Shown one piece after another: positions 28,055-37,994 of a DNA stretch of 38,194 nt. Within the stretch, counting starts at the first letter, position 1; each line of letters opens with the position of its first letter. Under the pieces are notes generated by a model that was not told where the DNA came from, did not search any database, and saw only the letters and a program-made list of their open reading frames with translations. Source of the stretch: an uncultured Lachnospiraceae bacterium (GTDB lineage: Bacteria > Bacillota > Clostridia > Lachnospirales > Lachnospiraceae); NCBI GenBank assembly GCA_963559965.1, contig CAUWNO010000001.1, positions 1 to 38,194 on the forward strand, read 5' to 3'. The position numbers and the translations under genes are program-made.

Positions 28055-29562
28055 GTCGTCCCTGCCTCTAATATCTCATAAATCCTGTCCATATTCAATG
28101 AGTTCCTTATCAAATCCGCCAGTTTATCGTATTCCTGCCTCTTATGCTCCTCCGGATCGAAGCTCCAGCTGCCTCTCTCGATGCCCTTTTTCTCCATCAG
28201 TCTGCCAACCAGAGAAGAGGCTGCTTCTCCTGTATCAAAAATTCCATGGAGATATGTACCGAATACAAGCCCCTCCGGATCGCAGAGTCCGTCTGTTCTT
28301 CCGTCTTCCAGACGTATCGTTTCCCGGCATCCTCCCAGATTTTCCGTGCGTCCCATATGGATCTCATAGCCCTCAACTTCACACCCGGAAAGCTCTTCCA
28401 GGAAAGCGTCTTCCGTCACCCTGCCCCGAATCTGCGTGCGCGTCTTTGCTTTTTCAAACCGTGTGCGCGTGTTCAGAAGACCCATACCCCGCAGAACGCC
28501 TCCGCGTTCCACACCATCCGGGTCCTCAAGAAGCTCGCCGAGCATCTGATAGCCTCCGCAGATTCCCACAATCGGAATCTTCTCCTCCCGGCAGCGCAGA
28601 ATTAGCGGTTCAAGCCCTGATTCCTTCAGCCAGTTTCTGTCGTCCATCGTATTTTTCGTTCCCGGAAGGAAAATAAGATCCGGCTTTCCCAGCTCTTCCT
28701 TCCGGCTGACATAGCGCAGAGATACGCCGTCCATGCGCTCAAACACATTGAAATCCGTAAAGTTGGAAATGTGCGGAAGACGTATAACCGCAAGGTCTAT
28801 ACCGCCCTTTTTCTCCGTGCGCGTCAGGCGATCGGAAAGACTGTCTTCATCATCGATATCAAGAGGCTTCATAGGCACAACGCCCACGACAGGAATCCCT
28901 GTACGCTCCTCTATCATCACAAGACCCGGCTTCAGAATCTCCACATCTCCCCGGAACTTATTGATAATAAGCCCTTTTATCATCTTCTGCTCATCCTCGT
29001 CGAGAAGCTTCACCGTTCCGTACAGCGCTGCAAAAACGCCGCCTCTGTCGATATCTCCTGCCAGAAGCACCGGAGCCTTTGCAATACGCGCCATGCCCAT
29101 GTTAACGATATCATTTTCCTTCAGATTAATCTCCGCAGGGCTTCCTGCGCCCTCAATCACAATAATATCATATTCTTCCGCCAGACGGTTAAAAGCTTTC
29201 TCTATTTCAGGAATCAGCTTCTTTTTATTGGCATAGTAGTCCATCGCCTTCATATTGCCAAGAACCTCGCCGTTTACGATAACCTGGCTTCCTACCTGGC
29301 TGGTCGGCTTCAGAAGAATCGGGTTCATGTCTACCGTCGGCTCAATCCCTGCCGCCTCTGCCTGCATCGCCTGCGCCCGTCCTATCTCCAGCCCGTCTTT
29401 CGTAATATAGGAGTTGAGCGCCATATTCTGAGATTTAAACGGTGCGGCTTTATAACCATCCTGCATAAAGACGCGGCAGAGTCCTGCCACCAGAAAGCTT
29501 TTTCCCGCATTGGACATGGTTCCCTGCACCATAATTACCTTTGCTCTCTTTTTCTCACTCAT
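28048..29562 (-). CDS. cbiP: Cobyric acid synthase
   Basis: [59 protein letters not shown]. Confidence 0.96.
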   Translation of the reverse strand: MSEKKRAKVIMVQGTMSNAGKSFLVAGLCRVFMQDGYKAAPFKSQNMALNSYITKDGLEIGRAQAMQAEAAGIEPTVDMNPILLKPTSQVGSQVIVNGEVLGNMKAMDYYANKKKLIPEIEKAFNRLAEEYDIIVIEGAGSPAEINLKENDIVNMGMARIAKAPVLLAGDIDRGGVFAALYGTVKLLDEDEQKMIKGLIINKFRGDVEILKPGLVMIEERTGIPVVGVVPMKPLDIDDEDSLSDRLTRTEKKGGIDLAVIRLPHISNFTDFNVFERMDGVSLRYVSRKEELGKPDLIFLPGTKNTMDDRNWLKESGLEPLILRCREEKIPIVGICGGYQMLGELLEDPDGVERGGVLRGMGLLNTRTRFEKAKTRTQIRGRVTEDAFLEELSGCEVEGYEIHMGRTENLGGCRETIRLEDGRTDGLCDPEGLVFGTYLHGIFDTGEAASSLVGRLMEKKGIERGSWSFDPEEHKRQEYDKLADLIRNSLNMDRIYEILEAGTTC

Positions 29563-30676
29563 TTTTCTTCCTCTTCTCTGACAGAGCCTTTAAAAGTCTC
29601 TCGTTTTCTTCGCGGGTGCGGACTGCCGTTCTAAAGTATTCCGGTCCAAGACCTCTGTAGTTTGCACAGGAGCGGATAAGAATTCCCTTTTCAAGAAGGC
29701 GTTCCTTCAGGTTTTCCTCTCCCGGCGCCAGAAAGCACAGATAATTGGCTTTTCCATCCAGTACCTCATAGCCTCTGCTCTCCAGCCCTTCCTTCAAAAA
29801 AGTTCTTTCCTGTTCCACACAGGAAACCGTCTTTTCCCGGAAATCCTTCTCTTTCAGAGCCGCTATTCCCGCCGCCTGCGCAGGCGCAGAGACGGACCAG
29901 GGCTGTCCTGCCCTTCTCATTTTTTCAAGAAGCTCCGTGTCCGCCGAAAGAACGTAGCCCAGCCGCAGTCCCGGCATCGCATAAAGCTTCGTAAACGATT
30001 TCAGAATCACAAGACCCGGATATTCCTCCAGAAGATCTGCCGCCGAATAGTTTTCTTCCCCTCTTACAAAATCAAGAAAGCACTCATCCAGACAGACGCG
30101 CGCCTTCTTCTCCTTCGCCCGCGCAAGAAGCTTCCGAATAAGCTCCTTTTCCGTGAGAAGACCTGTAGGATTGTTCGGATTGCATAAAAAGACAAGGTCT
30201 GTGTCCTCCGTTACTTTATCCACAAAGCTTTCCGTAACGCGAAGACTTTTCCCCAGCTCGTGAAAAGTAATCCACGCTCCTGCCTGGGTAAGCGCTTCTT
30301 CGTACTCCGCAAAGGCAGGCGCTGTCACAAGAGCCCTTTTCGGCTTCAGCGCAAAGACAAGACGGTAAATCAAATCTGCGCCGCCGTTTCCGCAGAGAAT
30401 CCGCTCTTCCTTCTGCCCTGTACTGCGGGAGAGCTCTCTTATAAGCTCTCTGCAGAACGGGTCCGGATAATGAACGGCTTCGTCGAGGCTTTCCCTGGCG
30501 GCTCTTCGCACGCCCTCCGGCATACCCAGAGGATTAATATTCGCAGAAAAATCAAGAATTCCTTCTTCTGCCTGTCCGCTCCTTGCCGCTTCACTTTTTC
30601 TATCGCCCCCATGCACAAACAGCCTTGCTTTCTCCGCCTCTTCCTTTCGCGGAAGCTTTTTATTTTCCTCCGTCAT
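29555..30676 (-). CDS. cobD: L-threonine-O-3-phosphate decarboxylase
   Basis: [41 protein letters not shown]; cob context. Confidence 0.88.
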   Translation of the reverse strand: MTEENKKLPRKEEAEKARLFVHGGDRKSEAARSGQAEEGILDFSANINPLGMPEGVRRAARESLDEAVHYPDPFCRELIRELSRSTGQKEERILCGNGGADLIYRLVFALKPKRALVTAPAFAEYEEALTQAGAWITFHELGKSLRVTESFVDKVTEDTDLVFLCNPNNPTGLLTEKELIRKLLARAKEKKARVCLDECFLDFVRGEENYSAADLLEEYPGLVILKSFTKLYAMPGLRLGYVLSADTELLEKMRRAGQPWSVSAPAQAAGIAALKEKDFREKTVSCVEQERTFLKEGLESRGYEVLDGKANYLCFLAPGEENLKERLLEKGILIRSCANYRGLGPEYFRTAVRTREENERLLKALSEKRKKNE

Positions 30677-33083
30677 GACGCCTGTCCTTTCTAATCACAT
30701 CGCGTATTCCCTTTGCCGTATAGACAACGGCGCTTCCCTGCACAGGGATTCCGGCTTTCTGCGCGGCTTTTTCTGTCACCGGGCCGATACAGACTGCTTT
30801 AGGCAGAATCACGTTTTTTCCCTCTGTCATCGCCGCGAATGCCTTCACGGCAGAAGCACTTCCAAACGTCACATAATCCACTTCCGGAAGAAGACGGTTC
30901 AGCTCCTCTGCCTTTCTCATATCACGCTCTGTCGTATAGAGAGGCGTATCCTGAAAGAAAATTCCGGCTTTTCCAAGAGCCTCCGGAAGCTCCTTTGACG
31001 CTTCCCTGGCACGCAAAAGAAGCACTCTGTCCGCCGCCTGAAGCGTAGGAATCCACTCGGCTGCAAGATCTGCGCTGGAATACCTGGACGGCACAAAGTC
31101 TGCGTAAATTCCTGCTTTTTCAAGGGTTTCCTTCGTTCCCTCTCCAAGAACTGCGAAACGGAGACCTGACAGCGTCCGAAGATCCGTTCTCCTTTCTTTT
31201 AACGCCTTCAGGAAAAATTCCACGCCTGCGCTGCTCGTCAGCACAACCCAGGTAAACGACGAAAGCTTATCAAGGCTCTCTCTTGTCTCTTCCTCTGAAA
31301 TCTCTTTCGTATAAATAAGACTGAACGGAACTGCCTCTGCCCCATCCTCGGCAAGAAGCTTTGCCTGCTTTTCGCACATAGAAGGCGTTCCTGTCAGCAG
31401 CACCCTTGTTCCTGCAAGAGCTCCCTTTCCAAACCAGGAAAGCTCTTCCTTCAGCCCTGCCGTCTCTCCTACTACCGTAATTGCCGGAGTTTTTATTCCC
31501 TCTTCTTCTGCCCTGGCAGCGATTGTCTCCAGTGTTCCTGTCACCGTTCTCTGGCGCGCCGTCGTTCCCTCCTGAATCACAGCCGCCGGAGTCTTCGGAT
31601 CTTTTCCGTTTGCAATCAGCTCCTCTGTAATATGCGGAAGATTTTTAAGCCCCATAAGGAAGACGAGCGTTCCCTCTTCCTTTGCAAGGGTCTGATAATT
31701 CAAAGACGTGCTCTCCTTCGTACAGCTCTCATGACCCGTAATCACATGAAAGGATGAGGCAAAATCGCGGTGCGTCACCGGAATTCCCGCATAAGCCGGA
31801 GCCGAATAGGAAGAAGATATCCCCGGAATAATGTCAAATTCTATTCCGGCTTTCCGAAGCTCCTGTGCCTCTTCTCCGCCCCGTCCGAAGATAAAGGGAT
31901 CGCCTCCCTTTACACGGGCTACGCTCTTTCCCTCCAGCGCCTTCTCCACCAGAAGCGCATTCGTCTCTTCCTGACGAAGATGGTGGCGGTTTGCCCTCTT
32001 TCCTGCATAAATAAGTTCTGCGTCCAGCCGGGCTTCCTGGAGTACCGCTGAGGAAGCAAGATTGTCATACACAATCACGTCTGCTTTGCGGATACAGTCC
32101 AGCGCTCTGACCGTCAGAAGACCAGCGTCTCCGGGACCGGCTCCCAGAAGCCAGACCTTTCCCTGCCGTACACGGGACGCGAGCTCTCTTCCAAGATCCT
32201 CCGCCTCTTTCAGAAGCTCTTTCTGTGTTCCGCCTTCCAAGAGCTCTCTCTCTCCTTCTGCCCTTCTTAAGCGATCGCCCTCCGGCGCATAGAGAACGCG
32301 CATCTTTGCAAAGGTTCTTCCCTCTCTTTTTTCCAGACGGCAAAGTCCTGCTGCCGGAGCGTTGCAGCTTCCTCCGATAGCCGTAAGGAAACTTCTCTCC
32401 GCCGCAAGCTCAAGCGCCGCTTCCGGACAATGGATCGCCGAAAGAACGTCCTCCATCCTTCCTTTCTTTGCCTCCACAGCCAGAATTCCCTGTCCTGCCG
32501 CCGGAAGAAAGCTCTCCGGATCAAGATATTCCAGATGAAGCTCCTCGTCTGCCGTAAGTCCAAGGCGTGAAAGTCCGGCGGCTGCCAGAAGAATCGCGTC
32601 GTAGCTGCCTTCCTTCAGCTTGCGGAGCCTTGTCTGCACATTTCCCCGAAGCATCTCGATACGCACAAGGGGATTCAGCTCTTTTATCTGAAGCTCTCTC
32701 CTTAAAGAACTTGTTCCGACGATGCTTCCGGGCGGAAGTTCCCGGGCGCTTACGCCGTTTCTCGTCACGAGAACGTCTCTCACATCTGCACGCTCTGTCA
32801 CAGCTCCGATGCAAAGTCCCTCCGGAAATTCCATCGGCATATCCTTCGCACTGTGTACCGCCAGATCAATTTCTTCTCTGAGAAGGGCGTCTTCCAGCTC
32901 TTTTGTAAAAACGCCTTTCCCTCCGAAGGAAGTCAGCGAGCGGTCAAGGATTTCGTCTCCCTTTGTAGAAAGCTCTACGACTTCTGTCTCTGCCTCCGGA
33001 AACGCCGCTTTTATCTTCTGACGCACCAGCTCTGTCTGGACAAGAGCCAGCCTGCTTTTTCTCGTTCCTATCCGAATTTTCAT
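30660..33083 (-). CDS. hemC: Triple fusion: porphobilinogen deaminase (HemC) + uroporphyrinogen-III methyltransferase (CobA) + uroporphyrinogen-III synthase (HemD)
   Basis: GTRKS.LA..Q, VHSAKD, GTSSLRR, RGNVQTRL, GSCNAP (HemC); GAGPGD, KGGDPFIFGRG.EE, THR (CobA); LTSSAGV, TFGSASAV, IGPVT (HemD). Confidence 0.9.
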   Translation of the reverse strand: MKIRIGTRKSRLALVQTELVRQKIKAAFPEAETEVVELSTKGDEILDRSLTSFGGKGVFTKELEDALLREEIDLAVHSAKDMPMEFPEGLCIGAVTERADVRDVLVTRNGVSARELPPGSIVGTSSLRRELQIKELNPLVRIEMLRGNVQTRLRKLKEGSYDAILLAAAGLSRLGLTADEELHLEYLDPESFLPAAGQGILAVEAKKGRMEDVLSAIHCPEAALELAAERSFLTAIGGSCNAPAAGLCRLEKREGRTFAKMRVLYAPEGDRLRRAEGERELLEGGTQKELLKEAEDLGRELASRVRQGKVWLLGAGPGDAGLLTVRALDCIRKADVIVYDNLASSAVLQEARLDAELIYAGKRANRHHLRQEETNALLVEKALEGKSVARVKGGDPFIFGRGGEEAQELRKAGIEFDIIPGISSSYSAPAYAGIPVTHRDFASSFHVITGHESCTKESTSLNYQTLAKEEGTLVFLMGLKNLPHITEELIANGKDPKTPAAVIQEGTTARQRTVTGTLETIAARAEEEGIKTPAITVVGETAGLKEELSWFGKGALAGTRVLLTGTPSMCEKQAKLLAEDGAEAVPFSLIYTKEISEEETRESLDKLSSFTWVVLTSSAGVEFFLKALKERRTDLRTLSGLRFAVLGEGTKETLEKAGIYADFVPSRYSSADLAAEWIPTLQAADRVLLLRAREASKELPEALGKAGIFFQDTPLYTTERDMRKAEELNRLLPEVDYVTFGSASAVKAFAAMTEGKNVILPKAVCIGPVTEKAAQKAGIPVQGSAVVYTAKGIRDVIRKDRRHDGGK

Positions 33084-33108
33084 CTTTTCCCTTTCCGCAT
33101 CTGCCGTT

Positions 33109-33840
33109 TTATACCTGATAGCCGCGCGGCGTAATCATACGTCCGCCGCTCACATAAGTCTGCGAATTACCAATCAGCACCACGCTGAACATATCAATCT
33201 CAGCGTCCTTAAGCTTCTCCAGCGTCGTAATCTGACTGCTCTCTCCTTTGCGTCCCGCATGGCGCACAATTCCCACCGGCGTATCGGGTTTTCTGTATTT
33301 CATCAGAATATCTGCCGCCTGCTCTACATAGCCTGTGCGCTTTTTGCTCTTCGGATTATAGAGGCAGACTATCAAATCCGACTGCCCCGCGCAGTCCACA
33401 CGTTTCATAATCAGATCAAGAGGCGTCATCAGATCACTTAAGCTTATCACTGCAAAATCATGCATCAAAGGAGCGCCCAGCACAGAAGCCGCCGCGCTTG
33501 CCGCCGTCACGCCGGGAACCGTCTCTATCTCGATATCTGCCCCCATTTCTTCCGCAACCTGATAAATAATTCCTGCCATACCGTAGATGCCGCTGTCTCC
33601 GGAGCTTACCATCGCCACGGTCTGATCCTTCTTTGCCTCCTCTACAGCCATGCGGCAGCGCTTTACCTCCTGCATCATAGGCGTCGCAAGATATTTCTTA
33701 TCCGGGAAAAATTCTTTCAGCATTTCGACATACGTCGTGTACCCTGTCACAACGTCTGCCTTTTCTATTACTTCCACGCATTTTTCCGTCATATGCTCAT
33801 AACCGCCCGGTCCAAAACCTACTACATACAATTTTCCCAT
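33109..33840 (-). CDS. cbiH: Cobalt-precorrin-3B C17-methyltransferase
   Basis: VVGFGPG, SSGDSGIYGM, GAPLMHDF..ISLSD, YNPKS, ITPRGY. Confidence 0.94.
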   Translation of the reverse strand: MGKLYVVGFGPGGYEHMTEKCVEVIEKADVVTGYTTYVEMLKEFFPDKKYLATPMMQEVKRCRMAVEEAKKDQTVAMVSSGDSGIYGMAGIIYQVAEEMGADIEIETVPGVTAASAAASVLGAPLMHDFAVISLSDLMTPLDLIMKRVDCAGQSDLIVCLYNPKSKKRTGYVEQAADILMKYRKPDTPVGIVRHAGRKGESSQITTLEKLKDAEIDMFSVVLIGNSQTYVSGGRMITPRGYQV

Positions 33841-33876
33841 ATTATTTTCCTCCTGAACTGAAGTCTGATTCCTGCC

Positions 33877-35064
33877 CTATGGCTGCATACACCGGAAAAA
33901 AGCCTTCAGCTCCTCCGGGTCTGCATTTTCCCTGATTCGGTAAAACAGCTTGTCTATCGCTCTGTCTATTCCCTTTTTTTCCGCTTCCTCTTCCATCCAG
34001 TTTTTTACTTCCTGCATCTGAGGAACTGCCTGCTGGAAAATCATCCAGCGCATAAAATCTTCCTCATATTCCTTAAGAATCTCTCCCGCCTGGCGGACCG
34101 CCTGCTTCTTTGCCTGATTGTTCGCCCGCGCCAGCTCTTCAAAGTCATCCATGTTATAGAAAAAGGTCCGCGGCAGATCCGCTATCTCTTCCTCAATATC
34201 GACAGGTACAGCCAAATCCACAAAAACGCGTGGCTTCTCTGTCCTGAGATGCTCTCTGACCTTCGCACAGGTCAGAGTATAATGAGGACTTGCCGTGGCG
34301 CTGATCACCGCGTCCATGCGGTCAAGATACTCGTATCGCTCTTTGTAATCAATCAGTGTGTTGGATTCGCTTTTAATATGCGCGTCATGCGTCAGCGTCA
34401 CATTACAGATCGTACTGTAAATATGGAGTCCCTTCATGCTGTAAAGATTCTTCAGCACAATTCCTCCTATCTGTCCTGTTCCGCCGATTACCATAATATT
34501 TTTCCCTGCAAGACCGCCCAGCGCCTCGTCAGCCGCACGGACGGCAAGCGTTGCCGTAGAAACGGAGGTTCTGGAAAGATCGGTCTCTGTCTTGATTTTT
34601 TTTGAGCAGGTCACTGCGTAGCGAAAGAGCGTGTTCAGATATTTTCCCGTTGTGCCTGTCTCTCTTGCCAGCTCAAGAGCCTTTTTTACCTGCCCCAGAA
34701 TCTGATCCTCTCCGACCACCATAGAATCAAGACCTGCCGCCACATGAAACAGATGGCTGACTGCCTTTTCCTCCTGATAAAAGCGAAGATGATCTGCCAC
34801 GCCGGAATCTCCCTGCGCTCCCGCCTGGCGGAGGATCAGCTGCTGAAATCTGGAGAATACATTTTTTTTCGTCTCCGTCTTCTCGTCAAGATAGGTATAA
34901 ATCTCTGTCCTGTTACAGGTGGAAATCACCACGCACTCTGCTGCTCCGCCTTCCCGGACCAGTGCGTGCATCAACTCTTCCTGCTGCTCTTTTGAAAACG
35001 CAAACAGCTCTCTTACTTCAAGCGGCGCCGTTTTATGACTGATACTGATAAGACGGATGCTCAT
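33877..35064 (-). CDS. hemA: Glutamyl-tRNA reductase
   Basis: SHKTAP, STCNRTE, GLDSMVVGEDQILGQV, ATASP, DLAVP. Confidence 0.93.
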   Translation of the reverse strand: MSIRLISISHKTAPLEVRELFAFSKEQQEELMHALVREGGAAECVVISTCNRTEIYTYLDEKTETKKNVFSRFQQLILRQAGAQGDSGVADHLRFYQEEKAVSHLFHVAAGLDSMVVGEDQILGQVKKALELARETGTTGKYLNTLFRYAVTCSKKIKTETDLSRTSVSTATLAVRAADEALGGLAGKNIMVIGGTGQIGGIVLKNLYSMKGLHIYSTICNVTLTHDAHIKSESNTLIDYKERYEYLDRMDAVISATASPHYTLTCAKVREHLRTEKPRVFVDLAVPVDIEEEIADLPRTFFYNMDDFEELARANNQAKKQAVRQAGEILKEYEEDFMRWMIFQQAVPQMQEVKNWMEEEAEKKGIDRAIDKLFYRIRENADPEELKAFFRCMQP

Positions 35065-35819
35065 TATGCATCTACTCCTTTTCTGAACTCATGCGTAAAG
35101 GTTTTGTCATAAAGCCTGGAAAGCTCATACTCGTCGCCGAGGAAATCGCCCACTACCGTCAGCGCCGTCTTTTTAATTCCTGCCTCGCGTACCTTATCCG
35201 CAATATTAAGAAGCGTACCGCGCACAATTTTCTGGTCCTCCCAGCTTGCCTTGTAAACGACTGCCACAGGCGTATCCGGTCTGTATTCCTCGCGAAGCGT
35301 CGCGCTCAGCTCGTCCATCATTCCCACGCTCAGGAAAATAATCATCGTAGAATGATGCTTTGCCAGATCTTTGAGCTTCTCTCCCTCCGGCATCGGAGTG
35401 CGTCCCTCCATACGGGTCAGAATCACAGTCTGGCTGACCCCCGGAAGCGTATACTCCTTCTTAAGAGCTGCCGCCGTCGCAAGAAAAGAGCTGACCCCGG
35501 GAATTACCTCATATTCTATTCCCATACGCTCAAGAGCATCCATCTGCTCCCTGTGCGCTCCGAAAATCGCCGGATCTCCTGTATGTACACGGGCAACCTT
35601 AAGACCTTTCTCCTCGCCTTCCTTCATCACAGCCAGAACCTCTTCCAGCGTCATTCCTGCACTGTTGTAAATCACTGCGCCCGGCTTTGCTCCGTCCAGA
35701 ACCTGCGGATTCACAAGCGATCCTGCATAAATAATAATATCTGCGCTGTCTATGATTTTCTTTCCCTTAATTGTCAAAAGCTCCGGATCTCCCGGTCCCG
35801 CTCCGATAAATGAAACCAT
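35064..35819 (-). CDS. cbiF: Cobalt-precorrin-4 C11-methyltransferase
   Basis: GAGPGDPELLT, YAGSLV, HTGDP, SQTVILTR, S.LYD..F.H. Confidence 0.95.
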   Translation of the reverse strand: MVSFIGAGPGDPELLTIKGKKIIDSADIIIYAGSLVNPQVLDGAKPGAVIYNSAGMTLEEVLAVMKEGEEKGLKVARVHTGDPAIFGAHREQMDALERMGIEYEVIPGVSSFLATAAALKKEYTLPGVSQTVILTRMEGRTPMPEGEKLKDLAKHHSTMIIFLSVGMMDELSATLREEYRPDTPVAVVYKASWEDQKIVRGTLLNIADKVREAGIKKTALTVVGDFLGDEYELSRLYDKTFTHEFRKGVDA

Positions 35820-35823
35820 TTTT

Positions 35824-36525
35824 CTACCTCTTTTCTCTCTTAATTACAACGGTTGTAAAATAACTGTATTCACGCTGTGCATCAAGCGGGCCGATATACT
35901 CGCCCTCCATACCCACGCAGCTTAATACAACTGCACACTCCGGGGCGCGCCCATGCTTTTCCATTAGTTTTTCGATCCGTCCTATGCTGTTTCCCGCCTT
36001 CATAACGACAAGATTGTCGTATTTGGCTATCGCATCCTCCAGTGTCTGATCCTCTTTCACGGAAGGCACGATCACGAGAGATTCATTTCCCTCCATCAAA
36101 GGAATCTGCGCTGCCGCCGCCCCGCTGCAGAACGAAGGGATTCCGGGAATAATCTCCGTCTCATATCCGCTTTCTTTTATGTACTGATTTACATACATAT
36201 AGGTACTGTATACAGCAACATCGCCCAGCGTCAGCATCGCGATGCTCTTTCCCTGATCAAGAAGCCCCGTCAGCTGCTTTGCAGCCGCCTCTCTGCACTG
36301 TACGCGCTCTTCTTTGTTTCTCGCCATGCGGAATTCCACTTTCAGAATCTCCTTGCCCTCCAGCGAAACTGCCGGGCGGACAATCTCAAGCGCCGTACTT
36401 TTTTCTCCCTTTTCCTTCACCGGAACCGCCACTACTGCGGCATTCTCAATAATTCTTTTTGCTTTCAGCGTCAAAAGCTCCGGATCTCCCGGTCCGACGC
36501 CGATTCCATACAATTTTCCTTTCAT
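35824..36525 (-). CDS. cbiL: Cobalt-precorrin-2 C20-methyltransferase
   Basis: LYGIGVGPGDPELLTLKA, TLGD..YST, IPGIPS, VVMK, YF. Confidence 0.92.
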   Translation of the reverse strand: MKGKLYGIGVGPGDPELLTLKAKRIIENAAVVAVPVKEKGEKSTALEIVRPAVSLEGKEILKVEFRMARNKEERVQCREAAAKQLTGLLDQGKSIAMLTLGDVAVYSTYMYVNQYIKESGYETEIIPGIPSFCSGAAAAQIPLMEGNESLVIVPSVKEDQTLEDAIAKYDNLVVMKAGNSIGRIEKLMEKHGRAPECAVVLSCVGMEGEYIGPLDAQREYSYFTTVVIKREKR

Positions 36526-36540
36526 TTTCCGCTCTCCTGC

Positions 36541-36566
36541 TTCTTTATTTTTATTCTTTATTTTTA
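36541..36566. repeat. 13-bp tandem duplication flanking the IS insertion site
   Basis: TTCTTTATTTTTA at 36541-36553 and 36554-36566. Confidence 0.75.
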
Positions 36567-36583
36567 TCCTCGTATTATAAAAT

Positions 36584-36760
36584 AGTAGTGTTTATAGTCC
36601 CTCTCCAAGGACTGTATGCTATACTGTTTGGAGATACTGTGGATTGGTTTGTTTCTCCTACCACTTGATGGTTTAAGAAAGGCTCCAACCACAGTCTCTT
36701 TGTATAGTTGTTAATCAGTTAGATACCGCATGACGGTTTATTTAGAACGAGGTTACAATC
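36584..36760 (+). ncRNA. Putative bridge RNA (5' hairpin, target-binding loop, donor-binding loop)
   Basis: 5' stem ATAGTCC/GGACTGT; stem 36631-36647/36685-36698 enclosing GTTTCTCCT-[ACCA-CTTGA-TGGT]-TTA-AGAAAG; stem ~36708-36716/36751-36758 enclosing AGTTAGAT-[ACCG-CATGA-CGGT]-TTATTTAG-AACGAG; guides match the flank and the joined ends. Confidence 0.75.
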
Positions 36761-36815
36761 GCAAGGAGTACCTGTGGTTCTAAACAGTATCAATTCTATT
36801 CAAAGGAGATTTCTT

Positions 36816-37994
36816 ATGATTTACGTTGGAATTGACGTTGCCAAAGATAAGCATGACTGCTTTATTACGAACTCAGATGGCGAAGTATTCTTTAATCCCT
36901 TTACCATCTCTAATAATCGGGACGGTTTCGAAACCTTATTTCAAAGAATTTCATCCGTTTCAGAGGATTTAACCAAAGTAAAAGTAGGACTGGAAGCCAC
37001 CGGACACTACAGTTACAATCTTCTGGGATTCCTTCTTGATAAAGGTCTGACCACCTACGTTATCAATCCGTTACATACCAATCTTTACAGAAAAAGTCTT
37101 AGCCTTAGAAAGACGAAAACGGATAAAGTTGATTCCCGTACCATTGCCACTATGATGATGTCTAACGTGAACTTAAAGTCCTACTCAGATACATCTTACC
37201 ACAATGAGGAATTAAAGTCACTCACTCGTTATCGTTTTGATAAAGTAAAGGAACGTGCAAAACTCAAAACATCTGTCTCACGGCTTATCTGTATCCTTTT
37301 CCCAGAATTAGAAAAGCTTGTTCCAACCCTTCATATGGCATCTGTTTACGCTTTGTTATCTGAATTTCCATCTGCTCACGCTGTTGCATCTGCACATCTT
37401 ACTCGGCTTATCAATCTGCTCTCCCAAAGTTCAAAGAACAGATACGGAAAAGACACTGCTGTCATGTTTCGTGAAGCTGCCAGAAACTCAATCGGTTCGA
37501 ATATGCCTACAAAATCCTTGGAACTGAAACACACCATTAAACTCATTCAAGAATTGACTTCTGAAATTGATGAAATCGAAGCCGCCATCAAACAGATCAT
37601 GGATGAAGAAATCCAGTCACCGATTCTTACCATTCCTGGCATCAGTTACCGGATGGGTGCCATGATTATTGCTGAGATTGGAGATTTCTGCCGTTTTGAT
37701 TCTGCAGATAAGATCCTCGCATACGCAGGAATGTCTCCCTCTACTTATCAATCAGGGCAGTTAGATAACTGTTATTCCCATATGGAGAAACGAGGTTCCA
37801 GATACCTCCGGTATGCCCTTTACAACGCCACAAAATACGTCTGTCACTGGGATAAATCCTTTGGTGAATATCTTGCAAAGAAACGCTCGGAAGGCAAGCA
37901 TTATAATGTTGCCATATCCCATGCCGCTAAGAAGCTTGTGCGATTGATTTTTGCAATGGAGAAATCCAGAAAAGCATATCTGCCAACAGCTTAA
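36816..37994 (+). CDS. IS110 family transposase/recombinase (DEDD RuvC + Transposase_20)
   Basis: YVGIDVAK, GLEATG, KTKTDKVD, IPGI, AEIGD..RF.S, YQSG (catalytic Ser); ATG 36816 behind AAAGGAG. Confidence 0.95.
   Translation: MIYVGIDVAKDKHDCFITNSDGEVFFNPFTISNNRDGFETLFQRISSVSEDLTKVKVGLEATGHYSYNLLGFLLDKGLTTYVINPLHTNLYRKSLSLRKTKTDKVDSRTIATMMMSNVNLKSYSDTSYHNEELKSLTRYRFDKVKERAKLKTSVSRLICILFPELEKLVPTLHMASVYALLSEFPSAHAVASAHLTRLINLLSQSSKNRYGKDTAVMFREAARNSIGSNMPTKSLELKHTIKLIQELTSEIDEIEAAIKQIMDEEIQSPILTIPGISYRMGAMIIAEIGDFCRFDSADKILAYAGMSPSTYQSGQLDNCYSHMEKRGSRYLRYALYNATKYVCHWDKSFGEYLAKKRSEGKHYNVAISHAAKKLVRLIFAMEKSRKAYLPTA

Noticed and set aside
3349-35813. Many other plus-strand and alternate-frame ORFs (e.g. 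3349-4254, 11985-12995, 22947-23930, 28771-29634, 35091-35813)
   Set aside because: Shadows of well-supported minus-strand genes with no domain motifs; the Met/Val-rich one mirrors the His repeat.
36612-36625. Alternative IS left end at CT 36612-36613 using TATGCT or TATACT as -10
   Set aside because: Gives 16- or 21-bp spacing, does not match the guide loops and would split the 5' hairpin; CT at 36569-36570 fits all the evidence.
36774-36815. GTG start extending the transposase by 14 aa
   Set aside because: IS110 proteins begin at MxxxGID, and ATG 36816 has a strong AAAGGAG RBS; the GTG has an AAGGAG upstream and is not fully excluded.
36526-36815. Cobalamin riboswitch upstream of cbiL
   Set aside because: No B12-box or GGGAA/GCCACTG motifs recognised on the minus strand; the structure is better explained as IS RNA.
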